From Cetorhinus maximus (taxonomy: Eukaryota), in assembly GCF_964194155.1 (NCBI RefSeq), contig NC_135888.1, forward strand, positions 24,614,001 to 24,678,000: a DNA stretch of 64,000 bases. The letters run 5' to 3'. Positions within the stretch are counted from its first letter, which is position 1. Each line of letters starts with the position of its first letter. The translations under genes were made by a program, and so were the position numbers. A model generated the notes under the pieces. That model saw nothing but the letters and a program-made list of their open reading frames with translations, was not told the DNA's origin and did no database searches. Of this stretch, positions 13,361 through 24,639 are shown piece by piece.

Positions 13361-14284
13361 TGTTAGAATCATATCTCAAAACTGTTTTTCTCTTTTAGAA
13401 AATGGAAGGATTTAGCATGATCTTCACATTTAGATGTTAACCTGGGATTTTTTTTTTAAAAAGGTCATAAGTTCATCTTGGAACTGTCAGCTTGTAGTCC
13501 TCTTCCAAGAAATCACCTGACCTTTATGGTACTTGAGGAAGGTCTGGTTGTTTGTTTTAAACTGCAATCATTTTAATTGATGGAGGCAAAAAGCTGAAAA
13601 GGAAGGGTGATAACTTGCTGGAAATCACACGGGAGAAAGGAAAATAACCTTAAGTTGTGAACCTGCTTGTTTTGAAGGCAGTCTTGTTGGAGAACAAGCT
13701 AAGGAAAGAAGGCTACCTTGACTGGCTCCCTCTCTCTACCTTGCCTAAAATTGTGTGTGGCTATCAACCTGTAGCCAGAGAACCCTCATTTGAGTGTAAC
13801 TGGTCTGCATTTGGACCTGCAAAGCTGAGCCAAGCTGGTGGGAATTTCCAGGCGTCCACTGGGACCTTCTTCACATGAGAGAACTCCAGTCGACAGCGTC
13901 GAGACCCTGCGGACTTTATCCTTTATTTTATAACACCCAACCTCTAGAGCCCATCTCTGCAGAGAGACTCTGTCTATTTGTCCTTTGTTTGTCTGTCTGT
14001 CTGTACGCTGGGGGAATTCTTTAGGAAGAGACAGATAGTTATACTTCCCAATTACAATTGTGTGTTAACCAGTACATGCAACTTGTTAAAAGAAGTTTTG
14101 CTTTAAAATAAATTAATCATTCTGAGTGTTTGGAAGAAGCCTGGTCTGAGTCTCTTCTGGGTATGAGAGGTATAGGTACACAATTGGCCATTTCAGTGAG
14201 AAAATCAAACATTTAAATTAATGGTACAGCCTGCGGAGTAGTGGGTCTTGATAATTGCAAACTCCTCCCATCCTGGTCGTAACA
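13361..14284. mobile_element. Solo LTR (924 bp) of a Gypsy/ERV-type element
   Basis: TGTTA...TAACA termini, 4-bp AAAG TSD, host PLE sequence rejoins across it, internal AATAAA near 14108. Confidence 0.8.
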
Positions 14285-16978
14285 AAAGAAAGTGTTAATG
14301 GTTGTGTTAAAGACTAAATAAGGTGCTGACAGTGGCATAAAGGTAAGAGCAGAATGTATTAATAGCAGACCAGGTGTCAGCACTCTTGTGAAAGCAAAAC
14401 ATAAGAGCAAGTGACAGATGGCTCTGTAGGGGAGGTTGGGGGAAAAAAATTGGATAAAGAACGAGGTAAAGATGGAGGAGAGAGTTCATGTTCTGAAGTT
14501 GTTCAACTAATGTTAAGTCCAGAAGGCTGTAAAGTGCCTAATCGGAAGATGAGGTGCTGTTCCTCCAGTTTGCATTGAGCTTCACTGGAACATTGCAGCA
14601 GGCCAAGGACAGACATGTGAGCATGAGAGCAGGGTGGTGTGTTGAAATGGCAAGTGACAGGAAGATCTGGGTCATGCTTGCGGACTGAGCAAAGAGGGGT
14701 TTGGTGGTGGCATTGTTCTGGAGTTGGTGGAAATGGTGGAGGATGATCCTGTGAATCTGGTGGGGTGAAAAGTAAGGATGAGGGGGACCCTATCATGGCT
14801 CTGGGTAGGAGGGGAAGGTGTGAGGACAGAGGTGAGGGAGATGGATCAGGCACAGTTGAGGGCCCTGTCAACCACAGTGCGGGGGAAACCTTGGTTAAGG
14901 AAGAAAGAAGACATGTCAGAAGCGCTGTTTTGGAAGGCAGCACCATTAGAACAGATGCAGTGGAGGCGAAGGAACTGAGAGAGTGGGATGGAGTCCTTAC
15001 AGGAAGCAGGGTGTGAGGTGCCGTAGTCGAGGTAGCTGTGGGAGTCGGTAGGCTTGCAATGAATATTGGTGGACAGCCTATAAACAGAAATGGAAACAGA
15101 GGTCAAGGAAGGGAAGGGAAGTGTTGGAGATGGACCATGTGAAAGTGAGAGAGTGGTGGAAATTGGAAGCTACATCGATAAATTTTTCCAGGTCCAGACG
15201 AGTGCAGGAGGCGGTACCGAAACAGTCATTTATGTACCGGAGAAAGGGTTCTGGCAGGGGGGGTGGGGGGTGGCCTGAGTAGGGTTGGAACAAGGAATGT
15301 TCCACATACCCCATAAAGAGACAGGCATAACTGGGGCCCATGCAGGCACGCAGAGCCACACCTTTTATTTGGAAGAAGTGAGACAAGTTAAAGCAGAAAT
15401 TGTTCAGTGAGAGAACAAGTTCAGCCAGGCAGAGGAAGTGGTGGTGGATGGGGATTGTTCAGACCTCTGTTCGAGGAAGAAGCGGAGAGCCCTCAGATCA
15501 TCCTGGTGGGGGATGGAGGTGTAGAGGGATTGGGCGTCCACAGTGAAGAGGAGGTGGTGAGGGCCAGGGAGCTGGAAATTGTTGATATGATGTAGGGCAT
15601 CAGAGGAATCGCAGATGTAGGTGGGAAGAGACTGGACGAGGAGAGAGAGAATGGAGTCAAGATAGGAAGAAGTGAGTTACGTGGGGTAGGAGCAGGCTGA
15701 CACGATGGGTCTACCAGGACAGTCCTGTTTGTGGATTTTGGGAAGAAGGTAGAAGCAGGTTGTGTGGGGTTGGAAGACTATGAGCTTGGAAGCTGTGGAA
15801 GGAAGATCTCCTGAGGAGATGAGGTCACTGACAGTCCTGGAAACAATGGCTTGATGTTCGATGGTGGGGTCATGGTCCAGCGGGACGTAGAACGAACTGT
15901 CTGAGAGTTGGCGCACAGCCTCTGCGAGGTAGAGGTCAGTACGCCAAACAACAACAGCACCACCCGTCAGCAGGTTTGATAACAAAGTCAGGGTTGGACC
16001 TGAGAGTCAGGGTTGGACCTGAGAGAACGGAGTGCAGCAAGTTCAGATGGAGTGGGTGAGGGGAGCAGAGAAATTAAGATGGCCGATGTCACGTTGATAG
16101 TTCTAAATGAAAAGATCAAGAGCAGGTAAGAGGCCGGGGGCGGGGGGAGGGTGTGGTCCAGGTAGAGGGAGAATACAGGAGGCGGGACACAGGATCTGTT
16201 GAATGGGGGAGGACTGCTATCCAAAGAAGCAAGCACAGAGATGAAGGCGGCAGAAGAAGAGTTCAGCATTGTGACTAGCCCAAAATTCATTGAAGTGAGG
16301 GTACAATGGGATGAAACTGAGTCCGTTGGTGAGTACAGGATGTTCAGCCTCAGAGAGGTGAATATCAGAGGATACAGTGAATACATGGCAAGGCCTGGGA
16401 TTAGGAGAAGGGATGGGATCAGAGGGACAGGAAGGAGTGGAGGGTCCCGGATTGGCATTGGAATCATTGCATTCCTTATCACCTGAAAGGAAGAGAAAAA
16501 GTTTCTTGTTAAGGCGGGTGAGTTGAAGAATGAGATGGAACGGGAGACAAGGACAGCTTTGAGATAGGGTGAGTCAGCGTTGCTGGAGAGAGAGGTCGAA
16601 TGTGGTCAATGGTAAACTGAAGTCAATGGGAATCTGGGGGAAACCTTTCCACTGGTTGGAGTCATACCTATCACAAAGGTTGATAGTTATGGTTATTAGA
16701 GGTCAATCATCTCAATCCCAGGACTTGGCTGCAGGATTTCCACAGGGTAGTGTCCTAGGCCAATTACTACCCCATCAGTCTACTCTCAACCATCAGCAAA
16801 GTGACTCGACAGTGCTATCAAGCGGCACTTAGATAGCAATAACCTGCTCACAGATGCTCAGTTTGAGTTCCACCAGGGCCACTCAGCTTCTGACCTCATT
16901 ATAGCCTTCGTCCAAACATGGACAAAAGAACTGAACTCAAGGTGCAGTGAGAGTGACTGCCCTTGACATCAAGGCAGC

Positions 16979-17491
16979 CATAAGACCATAAGACGTAGGA
17001 GCAGGAGTAGGCCATTCAGCCCATCGAGTCTGCTCCACCATTCAATGAGATCATGGCTGATCTGATAATCCTCAACTCCACTTTCCTACCTTTTCCCCAT
17101 AACCCTCAATTCCCTTGCTGATTAAAAATCTGTCTATCTCAGCCTTGAATACACTTAACGACCCAGCCTCTACAGCCCTCTGCGGTAAAGAATTCCATAG
17201 ATTCACTACCCTCTGAGCGAAGAGATTCCTCCTCATCTCTGTCTTAAATTGGCGACCCCCTTACTCTGAGATTATGTCCTCTGGTCCTAGACTCTCCTAC
17301 ACGAGGAAACAGCCTCTCAGCATCTACCCTGTCAAGCCCTCTAAGAATCTTATAAGGTCACTTCTCATTCTTCTAAACTCCAGTGAGTACAGGCCCAACC
17401 TACTCAACCTCTCCTCATAAGAAAATCCCTCCATACTTGGGATCAACCTAGTGAACTGGACTGCCTCCAATGCCACTATATCTTTCCTTAG
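16979..17491 (-). mobile_element. CR1 LINE 3' fragment nested in the HER1-like LINE
   Basis: CATAAGACCATAAGAC tail; YEERLSRLGLYSLEFRR peptide. Confidence 0.88.
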
Positions 17492-19282
17492 CATTTGACC
17501 AAGTGTGGCATTAAGGAGCCCTAGCAAAACTGAAGTCAATGGGAATCAGGGGGGAAGCTCTCCACTGGTTGGAGTCATGCCTAGCACAAAGGAAGATGGT
17601 TGTGGTTGTTGGAGGTCTGTCATCTCAGCTCCAGGACATCACTGCAGGAGTTCCACAGGGTAGTGTCCTAGGCCCAACCATCTTCAGCTGCTTCGTTTTT
17701 AAAATGTATTTATTTGTTTATGGCATGTGGGCATTGCTGGCTAGATCAGCATTTATTGCCCATCCCTAATTGCCCTTGTTCAGGGGCCATTAAGAGTCAA
17801 CCACATTGCAATGGGTCTGGAGTCACATGTAGGTCAGACCTGGTGAGGCTGCCAGATTTCCTTCCCTAAAGGACATTAGTGAACCAGATGGGTTTTTACA
17901 GCAATCAACAATGGTTTTATGGTCAGCAGGGGCTGTTTGCTAGTGCTGTCGGGGAGGGTTTAAACTAGAATGGCAGGGGGATGGGAACCTGAGCAGGGAG
18001 ACAGAGGAGGGGGAAACAAGGATAGAAGCGAAAGACAGAAAAGAAGCAAAAGTGAAAAGCAGAAAAAACAAGGGTGAAAAACAAATAGGGTCATAGTGCA
18101 AAATAAAACTAAGATGACTAACAAGGTTAAAAAGACAAGTCTAAAGGCATTGTATCTTAATGCATGGAGCATTCACAATACAGTAGATGAATTAACAGCG
18201 CAAATAGATATAAACGGTTATGATATTGTTGCAATTACAGAGACATGGCTGCAGGGTGACCAAGGATGGGAACTGAACATCTAGGGGTATTCAATATTTA
18301 GGAAGGACAGACAAATAAGGAAAGGAGGTGGGGCAGCATTGTTAACAAAGGCGGGAATCAATGCAATGGTGAGGAAGGATATAGGCTCAGAAAATTATGA
18401 TGTAGAATCTGTTTAGGTGGAGATAAGAAACACCAAGGGGCAGAAAACATTGGTGGGAGTTGTCTATAGGCCCCCAAACAGTAACGGAGATGTAAGGGAA
18501 GGCATTAAAAAAGAAATTAGAGATGCATGCAAAAAGGGTACAACTGTAATCATGGGTGACTTTAATCTGCATATAGATTGGACAAACCAAACTAGCAATA
18601 ATACTGTGGAGGAGGATTTCCTGGAGTGTGTATGTGATGGTTTTTTAGACCAATACGTTGAGGACCAACTAGAGAGCAGGCTATCCTAGACTGGGTATTG
18701 TGCAATGAGAAAGGATTAATTAACCATCTTGTTGTGCGGGGTCCCTTGGGGAAGAGCGACCATAAAATGATAGAATTGTCCATTGAGATGGAGAGTGAAG
18801 AAATTGAATCCAAAACTAGGGTCCTGAATCTAAATAAAGGGAACTATGAGGGTATGAGGCGCGAGTTGGCAATGATGGATTGGGGAACCTTACTAAAAGG
18901 GGTGACGGTGGATAGGCAATGGCTAATATTTAAGGAATGTATGCAGCCTCAACCATGGATTACAAAATAAATTAGGGATAGTATTAGATCCAAAGAGGAG
19001 GCATATAAAATTGCCAGAAAAAGCAGCAAACTTGAGGATAGGGAGCAGTATAGAATTCAGCAAAAGTGGACAAAAATATTGATCAAGAAGGGGAAAATGG
19101 AGTGAGAGTAAACTTGCAGGGAACATAAAAACTGACTGTAAAAACTTCTATAAATATGTGAAGAGAAAAAGAATAGCAAGCACAAATATAGGTCCCTTAC
19201 AGTCAGAAACGGGGGGAAATTATAATGGGGAACAAAGAAATGGCAGAAGAATTGAACACATATTTTGGTTCTGTCTTCACAA

Positions 19283-20591
19283 AATCGGGCAAAGTCAGCA
19301 TGGTTTCATCAAGGGGAGGTCATGCCTGACAAATCTGTTAGAATTCTTTGAGGAGGTAACGAGTAGGTTAGACAAAGGAGAGCCAATGGATGTTATCTAC
19401 TTGGACTTCCAGAAGACCTTTGACAAGGTGCCGCACAGGAGGCTGCTCAGTAAGATAAGAGCCCATGGTGTTAGAGGCAAGGTACTAGCATGGATAGAAG
19501 ATTGGCTGTCTGGCAGGAGGCAGAGAGTGGGGATAAGGGGGTCCTTCTCAGGATGGCGGCCGGTGACTAGTGGAGTTCCGCAGGGGTCAGTGTTGGGACC
19601 ACAACTTTTCACTTTATACATTAATGATCTAGATGAAGGAACTGAGGGCATCCTGGCTAAGTTTGCAGATGATACAAAGATAGGTGGAGGGAGAGGTAGT
19701 ATTGAGGAGGCGGGGAGGCTGCAGAAGGATTTGGACAGGTTAGGAGAATGGGCAAAGAAGTGGCAGATGGAATACAATGTGGGGAAGTGTGAGGTCATGC
19801 ACTTTGGTAGGAAGAATAGAGGCATAGACTATTTTCTAAATGGGGAGAGAATTCAGAAATCTGGAGTGCAAAGGGACTTGGGAGTCCTAGTCCAGGATTC
19901 TCTTAAGGTTAACTTGCAGGTTGAGTCGGTAGTTAGGAAGGCAAATGCAATGTTGGCATTTATTTCGAGAGGACTAGAATATAAAAGCAGGGATGTGCTG
20001 CTGAGGCTTTATAAGGCTCTGGTCAGACCACATTTAGAAAATTGTGAGCAATTTTGGGCCCCGTATCTCAGGAAGGATGTGTTGGCCCTGGAGAGGGTCC
20101 AGAGGAGGTTCATGAGAATGATCCCAGGAATGAAAGGCTTAACATATGAGGAATGTTTGAGGACAATGGGTCTATACTCGATGGAGTTTAGAAGAATGAG
20201 GGGGGATCTGATTGAAACTTACAGAATACCGAGAGGCCTGGATAGAGTGGACGTGGGGAAGATGTTTCCATTAGTAGGAGAGACTAGGACCCGAGGGCAC
20301 AGCCTCAGAGTAAAGGGAAGACCTTTTAGAACAGAGATGAGGAGAAACTTCTTTAGCCAGAGAGTGGTGAATCTATGGAATTCATTGCCACAGAAGGCTG
20401 TGGAGGCCAGGTCATTGAGTGTATTTAAGACCGAGATAGATAGGTTCTTGATTGGTAAGGGGATCAAAGGTTACGGGGAGAAGGCGGGAGAATGGGGTTG
20501 AGAAACTTATCAGCCATGATCGAATGGCAGAGCAGTCTCGATGGGCTGAATGGCCTAATTTCTGCTCCTATGTCTTATGGTCTTATGGTCT
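19283..20591 (+). mobile_element. Young 5'-truncated CR1 with an uninterrupted RT/C-terminal frame (within ORF 19158-20501)
   Basis: About 400 aa without stops including [10 protein letters not shown] and KFADDTK; (GTCTTATG)n tail; host CR1 resumes after it. Confidence 0.93.
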
Positions 20592-21363
20592 AAGAGGACA
20601 CAAATAATTTCCCAGAAATGTTACGGAACCAAGGGTCTAGTGAGAGGGAGGAATTGAAGAAAATCAGAATAAGTAAAAAAAATGGTGCAGACAAATTAAT
20701 GGGGTTAAAGGCTGAAAAATCCCCAGGGCCTGATAATCTACATCCCAGAGTACTAAAAGAAGTGGCCATGGAAATATTGGATGCATTGGTGGTCATCTTC
20801 AGAAATTCTATAGACTCTGGAGCAGTTCCGGATTGGAGGGTGGCAAATATAACTCTACTATTTAAAAAAGGAGGGTGAGAAAAAACAGAGAATTACATAC
20901 CAGTTAGCCTAACATCAGTAGTGGCGAAAATGCTAGCATCTATTATAAAAGACGTGGTAAAGAACACTTGGAAAGCATTGACCAGATTAGACAAAGTCAG
21001 CATGGGTTTATGAAAGGGAAATCATGCTTAACTAATCTACTGGAGATTTTTGAGGATGTAACTAGTAGAATAGATAAGGGAGAATCAGTGGATATGGTGT
21101 ATTTGGATTTAAAGAAAGCTTTTGATAAGGTCCCACATAAGAGGCTAGTGGGCAAAACTAAGGCACATGGGATTGGTGGTAATATACTGGCATGGATTGA
21201 GAATTGGTTGACAGTCCGGAATCAGGGAGTGGGAATAAATAGATCTTTTTCCGGATGGCAGGTGGTGACTAGTGGTGTACCGCAGGGATCAGTGCTTAGG
21301 CCCCAGCTATTCATGATATTTATAAATGACTTGGATGAGGAAACCAAAATGCAATATTTCCAA

Positions 21364-21449
21364 TATTTTTATATTAGACCTGCTGAGTTTTTCCAGGTAT
21401 TTTTGTTTTTGTTTTGGATTTCCAGCATCCGCAGTTTTTTGCTTTTATC
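21364..21449 (+). mobile_element. Mini PLE 3'-end insertion
   Basis: PLE terminal sequence flanked by a 14-bp TSD TGCAATATTTCCAA (21350-21363 / 21450-21463). Confidence 0.8.
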
Positions 21450-21922
21450 TGCAATATTTCCAAGTTTGCTGATGACACAAAACTGGGCAGGATTGTGAGG
21501 AGGATGCAAGGAGGCTTCAGGGCAATTTAGACAAGTTGTATGTGTGGGCAAACAATGCCAGATGCAGTACAATGTGGATAAGTGTGAAGTTTACACTTCG
21601 ATGTGGAAAACAGAAAGGCAGAGTATTATTTAAATAGTGATATATTGGGAAATGTGGATGTACAAAGGGATCTGGGTGTCCCCGTATCAATCAATGTAAG
21701 TGAACAGGCAGGTGCAACAAGCAATTAGGAAGGCAAATGGTATGTTGGCCTTCATTGCAAGAAGATTTGAGTTCAGAAGTAGAAATGTCTTACTGCCGTT
21801 ATACAAGGCCTTGTGAGACCGCACCTGGAGTATTATGTGCAGTTTTGGTCTCCCTACCTAAGAAAGGATATACTTGCCATAAAGGGAATGCAGCAAATGT
21901 TCACTAGGCTTATACCGGGGAT

Positions 21923-23074
21923 TACCTGGAAAAACTCAGCAGGTCTGGCAGCATCGGCTGAGAAGAAAAGAGTTGACGTTTCGAGTCCTCATGACCTTCA
22001 ACAGAACTGAGTAATATTAGGAGAGGGGTGAAATATAAGCTGGTTTAAGGTGGGGCGGGGGGAGAGAAGTTGGGGTGGGGGGGTAGTTGTAGGGACAAGC
22101 AAGCAGCGATAGGAGCAGATAGTCAAAAGATGTCACAGACAAAGGAACAAAGAGGTGTTGAAGGTGGTGATATTGTCTAAACGAATGTGCTAATTAAGAA
22201 TAGATGGCAGGACACTCAAGGTACAGCTCTAGTGGGGGTGGGGTGGAAAGACTAACAGGGCATTAAAGGTGTAGATTTAAAAATAATGGAAATAGGTGGG
22301 AAAAGAAAAATCTATATAAATTATTGGAAAAAACAAAAGGGAGGGGGAAGAAACGGAAAAGGGGTGGGGATGGAGGAGGGAGTTCAAGATCTAAAGTTGT
22401 TGAATTCAATATTCAGCCCGGAAGGCTGTAAAGTGCCTAGTTGAAAGATGAGGTGCTGATCCTCCAGTTTGCGTTGGGCTTCACTGGAACAATGCAGCAA
22501 GCCAAGGACAGACATGTGGGCAAGAGAGCAGGGTGGAGTGTTAAAATGGCAAGTGACAGGGAGGTTTGGGTCTTTCTTGCGGACAGACCGCAGGTGTTCT
22601 GCAAAGTGGTCGCCCAGTTTACGTTTGGTCTCTCCAATGTAGAGGAGACCGCATTGGAAGCAACGAATGCAGTAGACTAAGTTAGGGGAAATGCAAGTGA
22701 AATTCTCCACTAGAGCTGTACCTTGAGTGTTCTGGCATCCATTCTTAATTAGCACATTCGTTTAGATAATATCACCACCTTCAACGCCTCTTTGTTCCTT
22801 TGTCTGTGACATCTTTTGATTATCTGCTCCTATCACTGCTTGCTTGTCCCTACAACCACCCCCCCCCAAACTTCTCTCCCCTCTCCCCCCCCCCCCACCA
22901 CCTTAAACCAGCTTATATTTCAACCCTCTCCTAATATTACTCAGTTCTGTTGAAGAGTCATGAAGACTCGAAACATCAGCTCTTTTCTTCTCCGCCGATG
23001 CTGCCAGACCTGCTGAGTTTTTCCAGGTAATTCTGTTTTTGTTTTGGATTTCCAGCATCCGCAGTTTTTTGTTT
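21923..23074. mobile_element. Fold-back PLE (GIY-YIG C-terminus plus 3' UTR, with an inverted 3' UTR copy)
   Basis: About 310-bp inverted arms (21922-22236 / 22705-23030); TSD TTATACCGGGGAT; VYCIRCFQCGLLYIGET peptide. Confidence 0.9.
21971..22008 (-). ncRNA. Minimal type I hammerhead-like motif (CUGUUGA variant, GUC triplet)
   Basis: AGUU-CUGUUGA-AGGUCAUGAGGACUC-GAAAC-GUC-AACU; inverted partner at 22943-22981 (+). Confidence 0.65.
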
Positions 23075-24639
23075 TTATACCGGGGATGGCAGGACTGTCA
23101 TATGAGGAGAGATTGGTTCGACTGAGCCTGTATTCACTAGAGTTTAGAAGAATGAGGGGGGATCTGATTGAAACATATAAAATTCTAACAGGACTAGACA
23201 GACTAGATGCAGTGAGGATGTTTCCCCTGATTGGGTAGTCTAGAACCAGGAGCAACAGTGTCAGGATACGGGGCAGGCCATTTAGGACTGAGATGAGGAA
23301 AAATTTCTTCACTCAGACGGTGGTCAACCTATGGAATTCTCTACCACAGAAGGCTGTGGAGGCCGGGTCACTGAGAATATTCAAGAAAGAAATTGATAAA
23401 TTTTTTGGATATTAGGGGCATCAAGGGGTATTGGAGAGAAAGCAGGAATATGGTGTTGAGATAGAGGATCAGCCATAATCATATTGAATGGTGGAGCAGG
23501 CTCAAAGGCCTACTCCTGCTCCTAGTTTCTAACAGACTTTTAATTCCAAATTTTTATTGAATTCAAATTTCACCATCTGCCATGGTGGGATTTGAACCTG
23601 GGTCCACAGAGCATTATCCTGGGTCTCTGGATTACTAGTCCAGTGACAATACCACTATAATGACAATGCCACTATGCCACCACCTCCCCCTCCATCAGAA
23701 GGTCAAAAGTGGGATGTTGGCTGATGATTGCACAATATTCAGCACCATCCACACGTTCTCAGATACTGAAGTAGCCCGTGCCCATCTGCAGCAAGACTTG
23801 GGCAACATTTTGGCTTGGGTTGATAAGTGGCAAGTAACATTCGTGCCACACAAGTGCCAGGCAATGACCATCTCCAACAAGATAAAATTAAACCAGCTCC
23901 CCTTGACATTCAAAGGCATTACCATCACTGAATCCCCCACTATTAACATCCTTGGGATTACCATTGGCCAGAAACTGAACTGGACTAGCCATATAAATAC
24001 AGTGGCTACAAGAGGAGGTCGGAGGCTGGGAATTCTGTGGCAAGCAACGCACCTCCTGACTCTCCAAAGCCTGTCCACCATCTACAAGGCACAAGTCAGG
24101 AGTGTGATAGAATACTCCTCGCTTGCCAGGATGAGTGCAGCTCCCACAACACTCAAGAAGCTTGACACCATCCAAGACAAAGCAGCCCGCTTGATTGGCA
24201 CCCCATCCACAAACACTGACGCACAGTGACAGCAGTATTTACCACCTACAAGATGCACTGCAGAAACTCACCAAGGCTCCTTAGACAGCACCTTCCAAAC
24301 CCACGACTGCTACCATTAAAAGGACAAGGGCAGCAGATACAAGAGAACACCACCACCTGGAAGTTCCCCTCCAAGCCACTCACCACCCTGAATTGGAAAT
24401 ATATCGCCTTTCCTTCACTGTCACTGGGTCAAAATCCTGGAACCCCCTCCCTATGAGCACTGTGGGTGTACCTACACCACATGGACTGCAGCGGTTCAAG
24501 AAGGCAGTTCACCATCACCTTCTCAAGGAGCAATTAGGGATGGGTAATAAATGCTGATTTTGCCAGCAACACCCATATCCCGTGAACGAATAAATAAAAA
24601 TAGATGCGCATTGAATGACCTCCTTAGTGCCATAAATCT

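Larger units (their letters stand above)
11820..16600 (-). mobile_element. Penelope-like element (Neptune-type), decayed, interrupted by a CR1 and a solo LTR
   Basis: FYLLPKIHK, MGPSYACLFMG and LRYINDCF RT motifs; GIY-YIG C-terminus (EQHLIFRLGTLQPSGLN); 3' UTR with degenerate hammerhead at 11920-11958. Confidence 0.88.
17926..23530 (+). mobile_element. Long CR1 LINE (endonuclease plus RT), itself carrying three nested inserts
   Basis: YDIVAITETW, YRPP, MGDFN and SDH endonuclease motifs; RT motifs through to the 3' tail at about 23520. Confidence 0.88.
17697..23690 (-). mobile_element. tRNA-derived HE1-like SINE split by a CR1 (tail 17697-17925, head 23530-23690)
   Basis: Head has A/B boxes (TGGCATAGTGG, GGTTCAAATCC); tail equals the HER1-like LINE 3' end. 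Confidence 0.8.
10660..24600 (+). mobile_element. One HER1-like CR1-clade LINE split by nested insertions (pieces about 10660-10720, 11756-11815, 16760-16978, 17492-17695, 23690-24600)
   Basis: The pieces join colinearly with the uninterrupted copies at 53880-55525 and 59440-61080. Confidence 0.8.
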
